Positions 37,956 to 49,081 are shown, counted from the first letter of the stretch. The stretch: DNA of 64,000 bases from Candidatus Omnitrophota bacterium (GCA_029261065.1 JAJDCB010000030.1:48196-112195), one strand, 5' to 3'. The notes: generated by a model not told the origin, from the sequence alone. Numbers and translations: made by a program.

Positions 37956-39644
37956 TTATTTCAACTTTTCTTGAATCTCTGCGATCAGGTTATGATCAAA
38001 TTCATATTCTAATTCTTTGGCACGTAGGATGTGTGTTAATGCTTTTGGGTAATCCTTTTTGTGTCTATAAATTTTCGAAAGAAAATAATGCCCTTTTCCT
38101 GAGTCTTTATTCGTTTCTATGGCTTTAAGCCCTGATACTAAAGCCTCATCGTATCGATTTGATTTGATATATAAAAGACACTTATTAATAAGAGCTTTGG
38201 TGTATTCGGGATCATATTTAAGAGCTAAGTTGTAATTAACAACGGCGAGATCATATTTTTCTGAGTTTTGATATACAAGCCCAAGGTTGTAATGAGCATT
38301 TACATATTTAGGACGAAGCTTGACGGCTTTAGTAAAATCGGCGATCGCTAAATCGTATTGCTTTTTGCGAAGATAGATAACGCCTCTGTTATTAAGGATG
38401 AGAGGCGTGTTGGAAGAATATTCCATGGCTTTATCCCAAACCTTACCAGCATCTTTCCAGACTTTGTTTTGAAAGTGTGTTCGTGTGCCCAGTAATCCTA
38501 AGATGATGACGATACAAGTTGAAGCGATAAGAAAATGTTTTTGTTTGCGTTTTTTTGTTTGGGTTAATAATTGATCGGCTAGAGAACCTAATAAAAGACA
38601 GAGCCCTAAGCTGGGTAGGTACATAAAGCGATCAGCCACAACACTAACATGAACTTCTTCGGCCATGCGTAATAGGAAAAAGATGGAAAAGTAATAGTAG
38701 AGAAGAGCAAATAGGACTAAACGGTTTTTTCGAAAGCGAATTAGCAAATAGATAATAAGGGCAAAGACAATGACAGCAATGTTGTAATGAAGGTGATCAA
38801 ATCCAATGGGTTTGGGTAATTCATAAATTGGGCTTAAGTGAATGGGCAGGAAGAACTTTTGAATGTAAAATGTAAATGACCAGGTCCAGATCATGATTGC
38901 TTGGATAAAGTCTTTGGCTGGGACCCTCGCGTTAATTAAATAGGTAACTGCCGCGACAGGAACGATATAGAAAAAATGAGGAATTTTTTCTTTTAGAACA
39001 TTAAATGTGATCTTTCGGCCATGGTACCAGTCGAGGACCAGGAGAATAAAGGGTAAACTTAAGGCCATGGATTTTGCCAAGATGCTTAATAATCCTGCTA
39101 ACATTGATAAGATGAAAAATTTAATTTTTTTGTTGTCAAGATAATGCCAATAACTGCATAAGGCTAACATATAGAAAAAGGCATAAAGGACATCTTTTCT
39201 CTCCGTAATCCAAGCAACCGATTCGACATGCATCGGATGAATACCAAAGAGAAGGGCTGCCAGAAAAGCAGCCCGTATGCTGAGCCCCATCTGCAGGGCC
39301 AAAAGATAAATGAGGCCGCAGACGGCAACGTGTAAAAGGATGTTATTTAATATATAGAGAAAAGGCTTATCTTCAACGAAATGCCATTCTATGGCAAATG
39401 ATAAGACGCTTAAAGGAGCGTAAGTCTTTGTGACAGTTGATTTAAAGATATTTTTGATGCTCTGGAAACTAAGATGATGGACATCTACATTATCTGTCAC
39501 ATAAACATCATCATCCCAATTGGTGAATTCGTTTCCTAGATTTGAGGAAAAAAGGACAAATACAATGATTCCTAAGCAAATAGCCGTTAAAATGGCCTTT
39601 TTTTTGGGGATCGGGGGCGTAATAGTCTTAGATCGCTTTTTCAT
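37956..39644 (-). CDS. TMTC-like GT-C glycosyltransferase with TPR repeats
   Basis: WDDDVY, HPMHVESVAW, ADRFMYLPS, C-terminal TPRs. Confidence 0.85.
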   Translation of the reverse strand: MKKRSKTITPPIPKKKAILTAICLGIIVFVLFSSNLGNEFTNWDDDVYVTDNVDVHHLSFQSIKNIFKSTVTKTYAPLSVLSFAIEWHFVEDKPFLYILNNILLHVAVCGLIYLLALQMGLSIRAAFLAALLFGIHPMHVESVAWITERKDVLYAFFYMLALCSYWHYLDNKKIKFFILSMLAGLLSILAKSMALSLPFILLVLDWYHGRKITFNVLKEKIPHFFYIVPVAAVTYLINARVPAKDFIQAIMIWTWSFTFYIQKFFLPIHLSPIYELPKPIGFDHLHYNIAVIVFALIIYLLIRFRKNRLVLFALLYYYFSIFFLLRMAEEVHVSVVADRFMYLPSLGLCLLLGSLADQLLTQTKKRKQKHFLIASTCIVIILGLLGTRTHFQNKVWKDAGKVWDKAMEYSSNTPLILNNRGVIYLRKKQYDLAIADFTKAVKLRPKYVNAHYNLGLVYQNSEKYDLAVVNYNLALKYDPEYTKALINKCLLYIKSNRYDEALVSGLKAIETNKDSGKGHYFLSKIYRHKKDYPKALTHILRAKELEYEFDHNLIAEIQEKLK

Positions 39645-39844
39645 AATTCCATAAGCATATCATTTTTTAGGCCAAAAGCAAAGAATTGATTAGAGGTCAT
39701 TTAAAAGAGCCCTTAATGGTGTTCGTTTCTTAAGAGTACGTATTTTTCCTTGTATCCCATATGTTTAGGGGCTAGAATAATGACCTAACTTAAGTGTTTC
39801 TCCCTTTTTTTAATGAGATTTTTTAAAAAAGTATCCAAAAGTGT

Positions 39845-41524
39845 ATGAAACGTAATATTTGGTTTTTATGTATTGGCCTCATTATCGTTACTGGTATTTT
39901 TGCTAGAGTATATGATTTGAGTGGTCATTTTAGCCATATAGATGATATTGGTGTTGCCAAAACGATACTCGATCACAAGCTCGCTGATAAATCTCCTTTT
40001 CTAGCCGTTCCTTCCCGTTGGACATTCGCCCCTTTTCAATATTTTATTACCCCTTTTTTAGTCTCTATTGATCACACCTATCGTCAGCTTTTATTTTGGG
40101 GTCGTTTGCCTTCCTGTTTTTTTGGGATCTTAGGGATATTTTTTATGATTCAGTTTTATCGCCTTTATGAAGGTGATTTTTCTTATAAGACTCTTGTTCC
40201 GTTGTTCTTTTTTTGCTGTACCTGGGAAAACATCATATTCTCGAAACTTATGTATAATTATGCATTGGCTGTGACCGCATTCGTCGTATTGCTGATCCTT
40301 TATATGGATTATTTAAAGAAAATGAACTTTACTCTTAAAAAAGTTCTTTTTAACAGTTTGTGTTTAGGGGCGTTATGTTGGATGCATTATATTTTTCTTT
40401 ATTTTGTTCCTGTGTTTTATTTGTGTACATTTTTATATGCTTGCCAGTTCACGGAAAATAAGGGCAAAGTTGTTTTACAATATTGTTTAGGTGGGATCGT
40501 TGTCATTGTGTCTGTGTTTCCTTTGTGGTTTCTTTTTCTTCGGAAATTAATAGCCTCTGGACATTATGGGTTATATGGTTGGAATAGTGGAATTGATAAA
40601 GAATTTGTTTTTCATCTCCCAGAGGCGGGCTTCTTTCACGATATAGGTTATGCCGTTTCTTTTTTCTTTAAAAATTTCTTCTATATTTTTCAATTAAACA
40701 CAGGGTTTTTCCCAAACACACACTCCATTTTCCTACCTTTAAGTATAGTATTTCTTATTTTCTTTGTAATTGGGTTTTTTAGATTATTAACTCACAAAAA
40801 TTTGCATAAACGCTATTTAGGAATTTTCTTTGTTGTAACGATAATTGTATGGATTCTTTTAGTATGTACGCAGCGTCTTACTTTTTCACCAACGCGACAT
40901 AATTTTATTTTTATGCCGTTAATTGTTATTACACTGACCGAAGGGCTTTACTTGGTGCTTAAGGAGATTGGAAAGCGGATCGGGAGAAGTCATTTTAAGG
41001 ATTGGGGACAAGCAGTAATAATTGTAGGGTTGTTAATTTTGTTTGGATGTCATTATCAAACATTTCTTATCGAACGAAAAGATCGGTTAAATGAGCAAGA
41101 GATTTTAAAAATAGTTAAAACATACAATGTTGATACCATTATTCTGGCTGTTTGGACTCAACAAGTTGAGATGATGAAGAGTATTCGAGATCATTTTCAA
41201 TTTTATGAAACAGGATTTCGTGAAGATGCCAATATCTCGAAGGGGCCATCGACATATAAAAGGATTGCTTGGATTAGTCATCGAGATAAATTTAGTCCCA
41301 AATCTTACGAAAGGGCGAGATCAGCTGTAAATCATTATATTTATTACACTAATCCTAGACGTGTTAAGCGTAATAAGAAAGAATTGTCGTTGTTAAGATA
41401 TACTTTTAGATCTTATCGGGTGATTTATAAAAAGGTTATTGATTCAGATGTCGAACTCGAATTTGATAATAGAACACATAATGGAACGAATAATTTGTAT
41501 ATCTATATATTAGAGAGAAATTAA
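39845..41524 (+). CDS. GT-C-like membrane glycosyltransferase
   Basis: HIDD loop motif, WGRLPS, many TMs, soluble C-terminal domain. Confidence 0.65.
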   Translation: MKRNIWFLCIGLIIVTGIFARVYDLSGHFSHIDDIGVAKTILDHKLADKSPFLAVPSRWTFAPFQYFITPFLVSIDHTYRQLLFWGRLPSCFFGILGIFFMIQFYRLYEGDFSYKTLVPLFFFCCTWENIIFSKLMYNYALAVTAFVVLLILYMDYLKKMNFTLKKVLFNSLCLGALCWMHYIFLYFVPVFYLCTFLYACQFTENKGKVVLQYCLGGIVVIVSVFPLWFLFLRKLIASGHYGLYGWNSGIDKEFVFHLPEAGFFHDIGYAVSFFFKNFFYIFQLNTGFFPNTHSIFLPLSIVFLIFFVIGFFRLLTHKNLHKRYLGIFFVVTIIVWILLVCTQRLTFSPTRHNFIFMPLIVITLTEGLYLVLKEIGKRIGRSHFKDWGQAVIIVGLLILFGCHYQTFLIERKDRLNEQEILKIVKTYNVDTIILAVWTQQVEMMKSIRDHFQFYETGFREDANISKGPSTYKRIAWISHRDKFSPKSYERARSAVNHYIYYTNPRRVKRNKKELSLLRYTFRSYRVIYKKVIDSDVELEFDNRTHNGTNNLYIYILERN

Positions 41525-43588
41525 ATGTTAAACCAAATAGGATTGGATAGACTTTTGTATAAAGGGTTTGGATTGCAAACAAAGAAGGCGCAGGTTGCTT
41601 TTTTAGTGATACTGGCCATTAAAGTGTTGGTGATGATTCTATTTTCTTCAGATTATCAGAATCGCCTTTTTATTCCTTTTGTACAATATTTTATCGAAGT
41701 CTCTGGTAATCCTTGGGATTATTTCTATGCGCAAGGGAGATATGATCAATTCCCATATTCACCTGTTATGCTTTACTTTTTATCTATTTGTTATGCGCCT
41801 TTTTATTTATTAGGAGCTACCCATTCTTTATTAGGCCAGTTTTTCTTTAAATTACCAACGCTGTTTGCTGATCTCACCATTTTTTATTTATTGTGTCGTA
41901 TGTTTGAAGACAAAATGAAGGTGATGATTTATTATTTTGCAACACCTATCATTATTTATGCCTGTTATATGCATTCTCAGTTGGATCTTATACCAACGGC
42001 ATTACTTTTTTTATCGGTTTATTTATTAACTAAACGAAACTGTATCACCTCAGCGCTTGTATTCGGTTTGGCCGTGTGTGCCAAATTACATGTTGTTGCA
42101 GCTTTCCCGCTCCTGCTTATTTATTTACTAAAAACACACAAATTAAGAGGTGTTATGACTTTTTTATTCATAGCACCGTCAGTGTTTTTGATTATTGTTT
42201 TTCCTTTTTGGACAGAAGGTTATCAGCAGTTGGTGCTTAATAATTCCAAGCAAACGTTGATTTATGATTCTTACATCGCTGTAGGCAACCTGAAAGTATA
42301 CTTTACCGTTTTGTTGGTGGCCATTTTTTATGCGCGCGTCAGTGCTTTTCGTAAGATGAATAAAGATCTGCTCTACACATTTTTGGCCCTTATTTTTTCA
42401 ACGTTTGTATCATTGGCCCAACCCTCGCCGGGATGGTATGTGTGGTTGTTTCCTTTTCTTAGTATCTTTTTTATAAAATTTCATGAAAAAGCTCAACATA
42501 TTATTCGCTTATATGTGGCACTAAACGTGATGTATTTAGTTTATATGTTGCTTTTTTATTTACCCGAGTATCATGATCTTATTTTCTTGAAAACACCTAT
42601 TCATTTTAAGATCGATATTGAGAAATATCGTAATGTTAGTTTTACATTGCTCGAAGCTGTATTAATAGCGAGTATGTATGCTTTTTATAAGTTTGGAATC
42701 AGAAGTAACTTTTATTATAAGAAAAATACACCAGGCGTTATTGGGATTTCTGGTGATAGTGCCGCCGGTAAAACGACGATCCTATCTGATATAAGAAAGC
42801 TTTTTGGCCATCGTGTTTTAGAGTTAGAAGGGGACGCTGATCATAAGTGGGAACGCGATGATGAGCATTGGGAGGAGTTAACGCATTTAAATCCGAAAGC
42901 CAATTATCTTCATCGGCAATATAATGATATTCTTAATCTTCATAATCGTAATGCTGCTTTTCGTTGTGATTATGATCATAGTACGGGTAGGTTTACAAGT
43001 TCAAGAAAAGTAAGGGCAGATGACTATATTGTTTTAAGCGGACTACATGCTTTTTATCTTCCTAAAATGCGTAAGATTATTGATTTAAAAGTATTTGTTG
43101 ATACAGATGAAGGGTTGCGTCGATATTGGAAGGTTCAACGGGACACACGTGATCGTGGACGTAAAGTCAAAGATATCTTAAAGCAGATGGACCAGCGTGC
43201 TTTAGATGTTAAAAAATATATTCACCCTCAATATGATTTTGCAGATATTGTTGTTCAGTACTTTACGGATGATCCTATTAAATATGAAGAGCGTAATGCC
43301 AGGTATCATATGAAGTGTAAGGTTATTCTTGATTCAAACGTTTCTCTTCAAGCGATTGTTCATCGATTAGAAACAAAGCTTGATGTAACTTGGGACTATT
43401 CTCAAGATTTAAAAAATCAAAGTCTTATTGTGGATGGATGGCTTGAAAAAGAATATATCGCAAAGATGGCCCAAGAATATATAGTCAATTTAGAAGAATT
43501 GTTGGGTGATGATCCTATTTGGTTGGATGGTTACCGAGGTCTTGTTCAGTTTATGGTGTTGTTAATGTTAAGTGAGAAATTAAAATGA
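41525..43588 (+). CDS. GT-C (GT87/PIG-M-like) domain fused to phosphoribulokinase/uridine-kinase domain
   Basis: FPYSP, KLPTLFAD, SQLD in TM part; GDSAAGKTT, DHKWER, NPKAN, YDHSTGRF in C-terminal part. Confidence 0.75.
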   Translation: MLNQIGLDRLLYKGFGLQTKKAQVAFLVILAIKVLVMILFSSDYQNRLFIPFVQYFIEVSGNPWDYFYAQGRYDQFPYSPVMLYFLSICYAPFYLLGATHSLLGQFFFKLPTLFADLTIFYLLCRMFEDKMKVMIYYFATPIIIYACYMHSQLDLIPTALLFLSVYLLTKRNCITSALVFGLAVCAKLHVVAAFPLLLIYLLKTHKLRGVMTFLFIAPSVFLIIVFPFWTEGYQQLVLNNSKQTLIYDSYIAVGNLKVYFTVLLVAIFYARVSAFRKMNKDLLYTFLALIFSTFVSLAQPSPGWYVWLFPFLSIFFIKFHEKAQHIIRLYVALNVMYLVYMLLFYLPEYHDLIFLKTPIHFKIDIEKYRNVSFTLLEAVLIASMYAFYKFGIRSNFYYKKNTPGVIGISGDSAAGKTTILSDIRKLFGHRVLELEGDADHKWERDDEHWEELTHLNPKANYLHRQYNDILNLHNRNAAFRCDYDHSTGRFTSSRKVRADDYIVLSGLHAFYLPKMRKIIDLKVFVDTDEGLRRYWKVQRDTRDRGRKVKDILKQMDQRALDVKKYIHPQYDFADIVVQYFTDDPIKYEERNARYHMKCKVILDSNVSLQAIVHRLETKLDVTWDYSQDLKNQSLIVDGWLEKEYIAKMAQEYIVNLEELLGDDPIWLDGYRGLVQFMVLLMLSEKLK

Positions 43589-44304
43589 GAGAGATCCCTT
43601 GGAGTCCTATAACTGGTTTATTGTTGGATTTGGATAATACGTTATACGATTACAACAAAGCACATCAACCAGCTTTACGAGAAGTTGTTCAGTTTTTATC
43701 TCAAAAGACTGGAGTTGTTAAAGAGGATATAGAAAAAGAATATGGTGTTGCTCGTGGGATGATTCATCAGCAGTTAAAGGGTAAAGCATCAAGTCATAAT
43801 CGTTTACTGTATTTTCAAAAGTTATTAGAAAATATAAATAAACCCATCATGCCTTATGCCTTAGAAGCGTATGATTTGTATTGGGATGTGTTTATTGAAC
43901 ATATTGTTTTGTTTGATGAGGTGATGTCTTTTTTAGAGAAAAATCAGGATAAAAGGATTTGTATCTTAACGGATTTAACAGCTGATATTCAGCATAAGAA
44001 GTTGCATAAGCTTGGATTAAGTTCTTATATTCACGCCCTTGTAACAAGTGAAGAAGTGGGCGTTGAGAAACCTGATCGCGGGATGTTTGAATGTGGGTTA
44101 AAGAAGTTAGGATGTATGAAAGAAGAGGTTTGTATGATCGGGGATAACTATGAGAAGGATGTGATGGGAGCGGTTGAGTTGGGTATGAAAGCGATTTGGG
44201 TGAATAAGGAGGGGGGGGAGCGTAGGGAGAGAGCTCTGGTTGTGGAGGTTGAGGATTTAAATTTTTCTTTAATGAGTTCCCCGCTTTCGCGGGGACGACA
44301 GTAG
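43585..44304 (+). CDS. HAD-superfamily phosphatase
   Basis: DLDNTLYD, EKPD, MIGDNYEKD. Confidence 0.88.
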   Translation: MREIPWSPITGLLLDLDNTLYDYNKAHQPALREVVQFLSQKTGVVKEDIEKEYGVARGMIHQQLKGKASSHNRLLYFQKLLENINKPIMPYALEAYDLYWDVFIEHIVLFDEVMSFLEKNQDKRICILTDLTADIQHKKLHKLGLSSYIHALVTSEEVGVEKPDRGMFECGLKKLGCMKEEVCMIGDNYEKDVMGAVELGMKAIWVNKEGGERRERALVVEVEDLNFSLMSSPLSRGRQ

Positions 44305-44367
44305 TATGCGATCTCTGTTTTCGCGGGGACGACAACTATACTGTCATCCTCGCGAAAGCGGGGATCC
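44277..44367. repeat. Cluster of REP-like palindromes
   Basis: TTCCCCGCTTTCGCGGGGACGACA, partial repeat, inverted TGTCATCCTCGCGAAAGCGGGGATCC. Confidence 0.8.
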
Positions 44368-44395
44368 GTGCGGTTTTACTGTTCAAAGAGTAACC

Positions 44396-46042
44396 ATGCA
44401 AATTATAATCCCTATGTCCGGCGTAGGCAAGCGTTTCATTGACGCTGGCTATAAAGATGTTAAACCGTTAATCGAAGTGGACGGTTTGCCTATCATTGCA
44501 CATGTTATCAACATGTTTCCGGGTGAAAATAATTTTACTTTTGTCTGCAATAAAACGCATTTACAAGAAACGCCAATGGAAGAAATTTTAAAAGGTCTTG
44601 CTCCTTTTGGAAAAATTATAGGGATCGAACCTCATAAGAAAGGTCCTGTCTATGCGGTGGCAGAAGTGTTTGACGCAATTGATGAAAGGGAGGAGACAAT
44701 CGTTAACTATTGTGATTTTTCAAAGTATTGGGATTATGATGGCTTTCTTTCTCATACAAGAGCGCGGCAGGCTGATGGTGCGATAGCAGCGTATAAGGGG
44801 TTTCATCCTCATATGTTAGGTTCTACCAATTATGCCTTTATGCGCGACGATCAACAATGGCTTTTAGAAATTCAAGAGAAAGAGCCGTTTACGGATAATC
44901 GTATGCAAGAATATGCTTCTGATGGAACGTATTATTTTAAAAACGGCGGACTCGTAAAAAAATATTTTCAGCAATTGATGGATGAGGATATAAACCTTAA
45001 AGGAGAATATTATATAAGTTTGGTCTATACGTTAATGCTGAGAGATGGTCTTAAGTCTTCTGTTTATGAAATACAACATATGTTGCAATGGGGGGAGCCT
45101 GGACATTTACAAGAGTATCAACAATGGTCAAAATATTTTTCTAAAATGGTTGATGAGACAAAAAGCATTATCAATAATGAAGAGACGATTAATCTAATAC
45201 CTTTAGCTGGACGTGGACAACGATTTGTTGATGAAGGCTATCAAACACCAAAACCTCTTATAGATGTCAGTGGAAAACCAATGATTGTTCAGGCGGCCTC
45301 TTATTTGCCTCAATCGGGGGCGCAAACTTTTATTTGTTTAGAAGATCATCTAAAAGAATATCCTATCAAAGTTGCTCTTCTAGAAGCCTATCCCCAAGCC
45401 AATATTGTTTCCCTTAATGAAGTTACAGAAGGTCAGGCGTGCACGTGTGAGAAAGGAATAAGAGAAGAGGATTATGATAAACCGTTGTTTATTGCCGCCT
45501 CAGATAATGGAATGATATGGTCTGAAAAAAAGTTGCAATCCTTATTGGATGATACCTCAATAGGTTGTCTCGTTTGGAGTTTCCGGCATCATCCTTCAAG
45601 CGCTCAAAATCCTCAAATGTATGGTTGGATTAAAACGGATGAGAAAGAAAATGTTTTAGGCGTCTCAGTTAAAGTTCCAATTTCAGATGATCCGTTTAAT
45701 GATCATGCCATCATCGGGGCTTTTTATTTTCGTAAAGCCAGATTTTTTATTGATGCATTAGAACGACTTTATAAGAGTGATGTTCGTGTTAATAATGAAT
45801 TTTATGTCGATAGCTGCATTAACGAAATTGTGGCCATGGGTTTAAAGGCAAAAGTCTTTGAGGTGGATCATTATATCTGTTGGGGAACGCCGAATGATTT
45901 AAAAACATACGAATACTGGCAAAGTTATTTTCATAAAAGTGATCAACATCCGTATTGTTTAGAGAAAGATCGGAGAATGGAGTTAAGTAAATTGAAGGAT
46001 TATGAAAAAAAATATTCTTCTTTTAAACAGGAGCACAATTAA
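44396..46042 (+). CDS. Tandem two-domain sugar nucleotidyltransferase
   Basis: IIIPMSGVGKRF..KPLI and LIPLAGRGQRF..KPLI; start moved to ATG 44396 past the REP cluster. Confidence 0.85.
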   Translation: MQIIIPMSGVGKRFIDAGYKDVKPLIEVDGLPIIAHVINMFPGENNFTFVCNKTHLQETPMEEILKGLAPFGKIIGIEPHKKGPVYAVAEVFDAIDEREETIVNYCDFSKYWDYDGFLSHTRARQADGAIAAYKGFHPHMLGSTNYAFMRDDQQWLLEIQEKEPFTDNRMQEYASDGTYYFKNGGLVKKYFQQLMDEDINLKGEYYISLVYTLMLRDGLKSSVYEIQHMLQWGEPGHLQEYQQWSKYFSKMVDETKSIINNEETINLIPLAGRGQRFVDEGYQTPKPLIDVSGKPMIVQAASYLPQSGAQTFICLEDHLKEYPIKVALLEAYPQANIVSLNEVTEGQACTCEKGIREEDYDKPLFIAASDNGMIWSEKKLQSLLDDTSIGCLVWSFRHHPSSAQNPQMYGWIKTDEKENVLGVSVKVPISDDPFNDHAIIGAFYFRKARFFIDALERLYKSDVRVNNEFYVDSCINEIVAMGLKAKVFEVDHYICWGTPNDLKTYEYWQSYFHKSDQHPYCLEKDRRMELSKLKDYEKKYSSFKQEHN

Positions 46043-46755
46043 TGGCTAAGAAAAAACTTTCTATTGTTGTTCCTTGTTACAATGAAGAAAAAAATATTCC
46101 TCTTATTCTTAATCGCTTTCTTAAAGTTTTAGGTCGAGCTGATATTGAAGTTATTTTGGTCAATAATGGATCAACGGATGATAGTGAGAATGTTTTAAAG
46201 GAATTATTACCTCAGTATCCTTTTGCAAGATCGGTTAGAGTTGAAGTCAATCAAGGTTATGGTTTTGGTATTATTGCCGGGCTTAATGAAGCTGTTGGTG
46301 ATTATATCGGTTGGACGCACGCAGATATGCAAACAGATCCTAATGATGTGATGAGAGCGTTGGCTATCATTGAAGAAAAAGGGAGTCCATTAAACATTTT
46401 TATTAAGGGAGACCGCCGAAATCGACAATTGTTTGATCAAGTGTTTACCTGGGGGATGAGTTGTTTTGAGTCAATGTATTTGGGGAAACGATTATGGGAT
46501 ATTAATGCGCAACCAAATATTTTTTCTCGGTCATTTTATTCAACGTGGAAAAATCCTCCACATGATTTCTCGTTAGATTTGTATGCTTTATATATGGCTA
46601 GGCGGCAAGATATAGAAGTTGTTCGATTTGAAGTTGTTTTTCCCAAACGGATTTACGGTCAATCCAGTTGGAATACAGGATTAAAATCAAAAGGTAAGTT
46701 TATTAAAAGAACACTCGATTTTAGTGTCTCTTTAAAAAAGAGATTAAAAGTATGA
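46042..46755 (+). CDS. GT2 (polyprenol-phosphate sugar synthase-like)
   Basis: VVPCYNEE, NNGSTD, NQGYG, HADMQTDP. Confidence 0.85.
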   Translation: MAKKKLSIVVPCYNEEKNIPLILNRFLKVLGRADIEVILVNNGSTDDSENVLKELLPQYPFARSVRVEVNQGYGFGIIAGLNEAVGDYIGWTHADMQTDPNDVMRALAIIEEKGSPLNIFIKGDRRNRQLFDQVFTWGMSCFESMYLGKRLWDINAQPNIFSRSFYSTWKNPPHDFSLDLYALYMARRQDIEVVRFEVVFPKRIYGQSSWNTGLKSKGKFIKRTLDFSVSLKKRLKV

Positions 46756-47357
46756 TTTACATCGCACATCGTATCAACTCTAAAGAAGAGTTAAAAAAAT
46801 TACCTCAAGAATTTGGTGTTGAATTAGATTTGCGTGATCATGGTGAGCAACTCATTGTTCAACATGACCCTTTTAAAGATGGAGAAAATTTTGAAGAGTA
46901 TCTAGGAGAATATCAACACGGGCTTATGATACTTAATATTAAAAGCGAACGCATTGAACATCGTGTTTTGGATTTGCTTGAAAAATATGCTATTAAAGAT
47001 TATTTCTTCCTCGATTCATCTTTTCCTATGGTTTATACATTAAGCCAATCGGGCGAGCACAATGTCGCTGTGCGTTTTTCGGAATTTGAAGGGATTGATA
47101 CTGTTTTAGCTATGAAAAAACAAGTCAATTGGGTTTGGGTCGATTGTTTTACAAAAATGCCTTTGGATCGAGATAAAAGTTTAGCTATTAAACAAGCGGG
47201 TTTAAAAATATGTTTAGTTTCTCCAGAGTTGCAAGGCCGAGATGATCAAATAGAGGCGTATGCCAAAGAAATTCTGGATGCTTCAATAGATGTTGATGCT
47301 ATTTGTACAAAAAGTTACAATATTGAGAGATGGCAATCCATTCTTAAACGAGCATAA
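46752..47357 (+). CDS. GDPD/PI-PLC-like phosphodiesterase fold protein
   Basis: IAHRIN, GVELDLRD, HDP, VSPELQ. Confidence 0.65.
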   Translation: MIYIAHRINSKEELKKLPQEFGVELDLRDHGEQLIVQHDPFKDGENFEEYLGEYQHGLMILNIKSERIEHRVLDLLEKYAIKDYFFLDSSFPMVYTLSQSGEHNVAVRFSEFEGIDTVLAMKKQVNWVWVDCFTKMPLDRDKSLAIKQAGLKICLVSPELQGRDDQIEAYAKEILDASIDVDAICTKSYNIERWQSILKRA

Positions 47358-47360
47358 ATT

Positions 47361-48431
47361 ATGAAACAAGAAATTACGATAAACGATCCTTTAGAAAAAT
47401 ATCAGAAGGAGCTTTCTGATATTAAGTTTGCTCTTGATGCTTCGACCATTGTTGCGATGACCGACCAAAAGGGCAAGATCACTTATGTTAATGATAAGTT
47501 CTGCAAAATATCTCAGTATAGTCGTGATGAACTCATAGGAGAAGATCATCGCATTATTAATTCGAACCATCACCCTAAAGAGTTTTTTAAAAATTTGTGG
47601 GATACAATTAAAAAGGGAGAGGTTTGGAGTGGAGAAATTAAGAATAGAACGAGAAGGGGGACTTATTATTGGGTTAGCACGACCATTGTTCCTTTTCTAG
47701 ATTTTGAAGGTAAGCCCTATCAGTATGTGGCTATTCGTCATGAAATAACAAAACGTAAAGAGATGGAGGCGGCTGTTAAGCAGTTGCCACAACGCATTAT
47801 TCATGCGCAGGAAAAAGAAAGAGAAGGGATCTCGCGAGAAATTCATGATGACTTAGGGCAATCCTTGGCTATGCTAAAGATGTCGATTCAGTCGACGATT
47901 CATAATGATCAACTGAGACCGGAAATAGCGTCATACGAGAAGATATTGCAATATCTAAATAAGATTATTGATAAAACTCGCCATTTAGCTTCTGGCTTAA
48001 GGCCTTCTACATTAGAGGTTGTTGGATTAACGACAGCTTTAAAAACTCTTATTAACGATTTTAAGACGTATTCTTCAATTGAAGTTCATTTTCATTGTAT
48101 TGATCTAGAAGATTTTAATTTTAAAGGTGAGGTGATAAATATTTACAGAATTGTTCAAGAAGCCTTAAATAACATTACTAAACATTCTCAAGCGAGTACT
48201 CTTAACATTGATATTAACTATTGTGATCAGATGTTAAATCTTAGCATTAAAGACAATGGAGTTGGCATGGAGATAGAGAGTAGTTCTTTTGAAAATAGTG
48301 TAGTTGGTGGCTTGGGGCTTACGACGATAAAAGAACGTGTTAGCATGCTTAAAGGAGAAATGTTCATTAAATCAAAATCTAATCAAGGAACAAAACTTTT
48401 GTTTCGTATCCCAGTTGATAAGAAAGGTTGA
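47361..48431 (+). CDS. PAS sensor histidine kinase (HisKA_3, NreB/NarX-like)
   Basis: [30 protein letters not shown]. Confidence 0.9.
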   Translation: MKQEITINDPLEKYQKELSDIKFALDASTIVAMTDQKGKITYVNDKFCKISQYSRDELIGEDHRIINSNHHPKEFFKNLWDTIKKGEVWSGEIKNRTRRGTYYWVSTTIVPFLDFEGKPYQYVAIRHEITKRKEMEAAVKQLPQRIIHAQEKEREGISREIHDDLGQSLAMLKMSIQSTIHNDQLRPEIASYEKILQYLNKIIDKTRHLASGLRPSTLEVVGLTTALKTLINDFKTYSSIEVHFHCIDLEDFNFKGEVINIYRIVQEALNNITKHSQASTLNIDINYCDQMLNLSIKDNGVGMEIESSSFENSVVGGLGLTTIKERVSMLKGEMFIKSKSNQGTKLLFRIPVDKKG

Positions 48432-49081
48432 ATGTAATGGATCGGTTACGTATTATCATCGCAGATGATCATCAAATATTTAGAGAAGGTTTAAAAAATT
48501 TAATTGAGTCCAACGAGAACTATTCTGTTGTTGGAGAAGCAAATGATGGAGAAAAGCTTTTAGAGCTTGTGAAGCATAAAAAGAGCGATGTGATTATTTC
48601 TGACATATCAATGCCCAATATGGATGGGTTAAGTGCTATAAAAAAAATTTCAGAACAATTTCCAGATATTAAAATCTTAGTTCTTTCGATGCTAAAAGAC
48701 AATGTGCATTTAAAGAATGCCCTTAGTCATGGTGCGGCGGGTTACATTTTAAAAGATGATGCCTATGATGAGTTGCAAATGGCCATTGAGCGAGTGAGAA
48801 AAGGGAAACGATACATATCATCGGCCTTATCACAGTTATTTGTCGAAAGGCATGTTTGTGCAGATAACGATCTTGACGCCCCTTCATTAGAAATTCTTAC
48901 GAAAAGAGAGCGAGAGGTTCTTAAATATGTTGCAAAGGGTTATCCGAACAAGTTGATAGCAAGCAGGCTAAAAATTAGTTCACGCACAGTTGAGGCCCAC
49001 CGTGGTAATCTTTCCAAAAAGCTTGGCATTTTTAACACAGCAGGTTTAGTCAAATATGCCCTTTCTAAAACCCTCCTTTAG
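48428..49081 (+). CDS. NarL/LuxR-family response regulator
   Basis: ADDH receiver, [12 protein letters not shown]. Confidence 0.92.
   Translation: MNVMDRLRIIIADDHQIFREGLKNLIESNENYSVVGEANDGEKLLELVKHKKSDVIISDISMPNMDGLSAIKKISEQFPDIKILVLSMLKDNVHLKNALSHGAAGYILKDDAYDELQMAIERVRKGKRYISSALSQLFVERHVCADNDLDAPSLEILTKREREVLKYVAKGYPNKLIASRLKISSRTVEAHRGNLSKKLGIFNTAGLVKYALSKTLL

Noticed and set aside
42720-43588. Calvin-cycle phosphoribulokinase
   Set aside because: The domain is fused to a membrane glycosyltransferase in a glycan operon, with no cbb genes nearby.
44306-44395. N-terminal extension of the nucleotidyltransferase, and ORFs 22906-23157 and 43892-44335
   Set aside because: These are translations of REP-like palindromes or antisense shadows.
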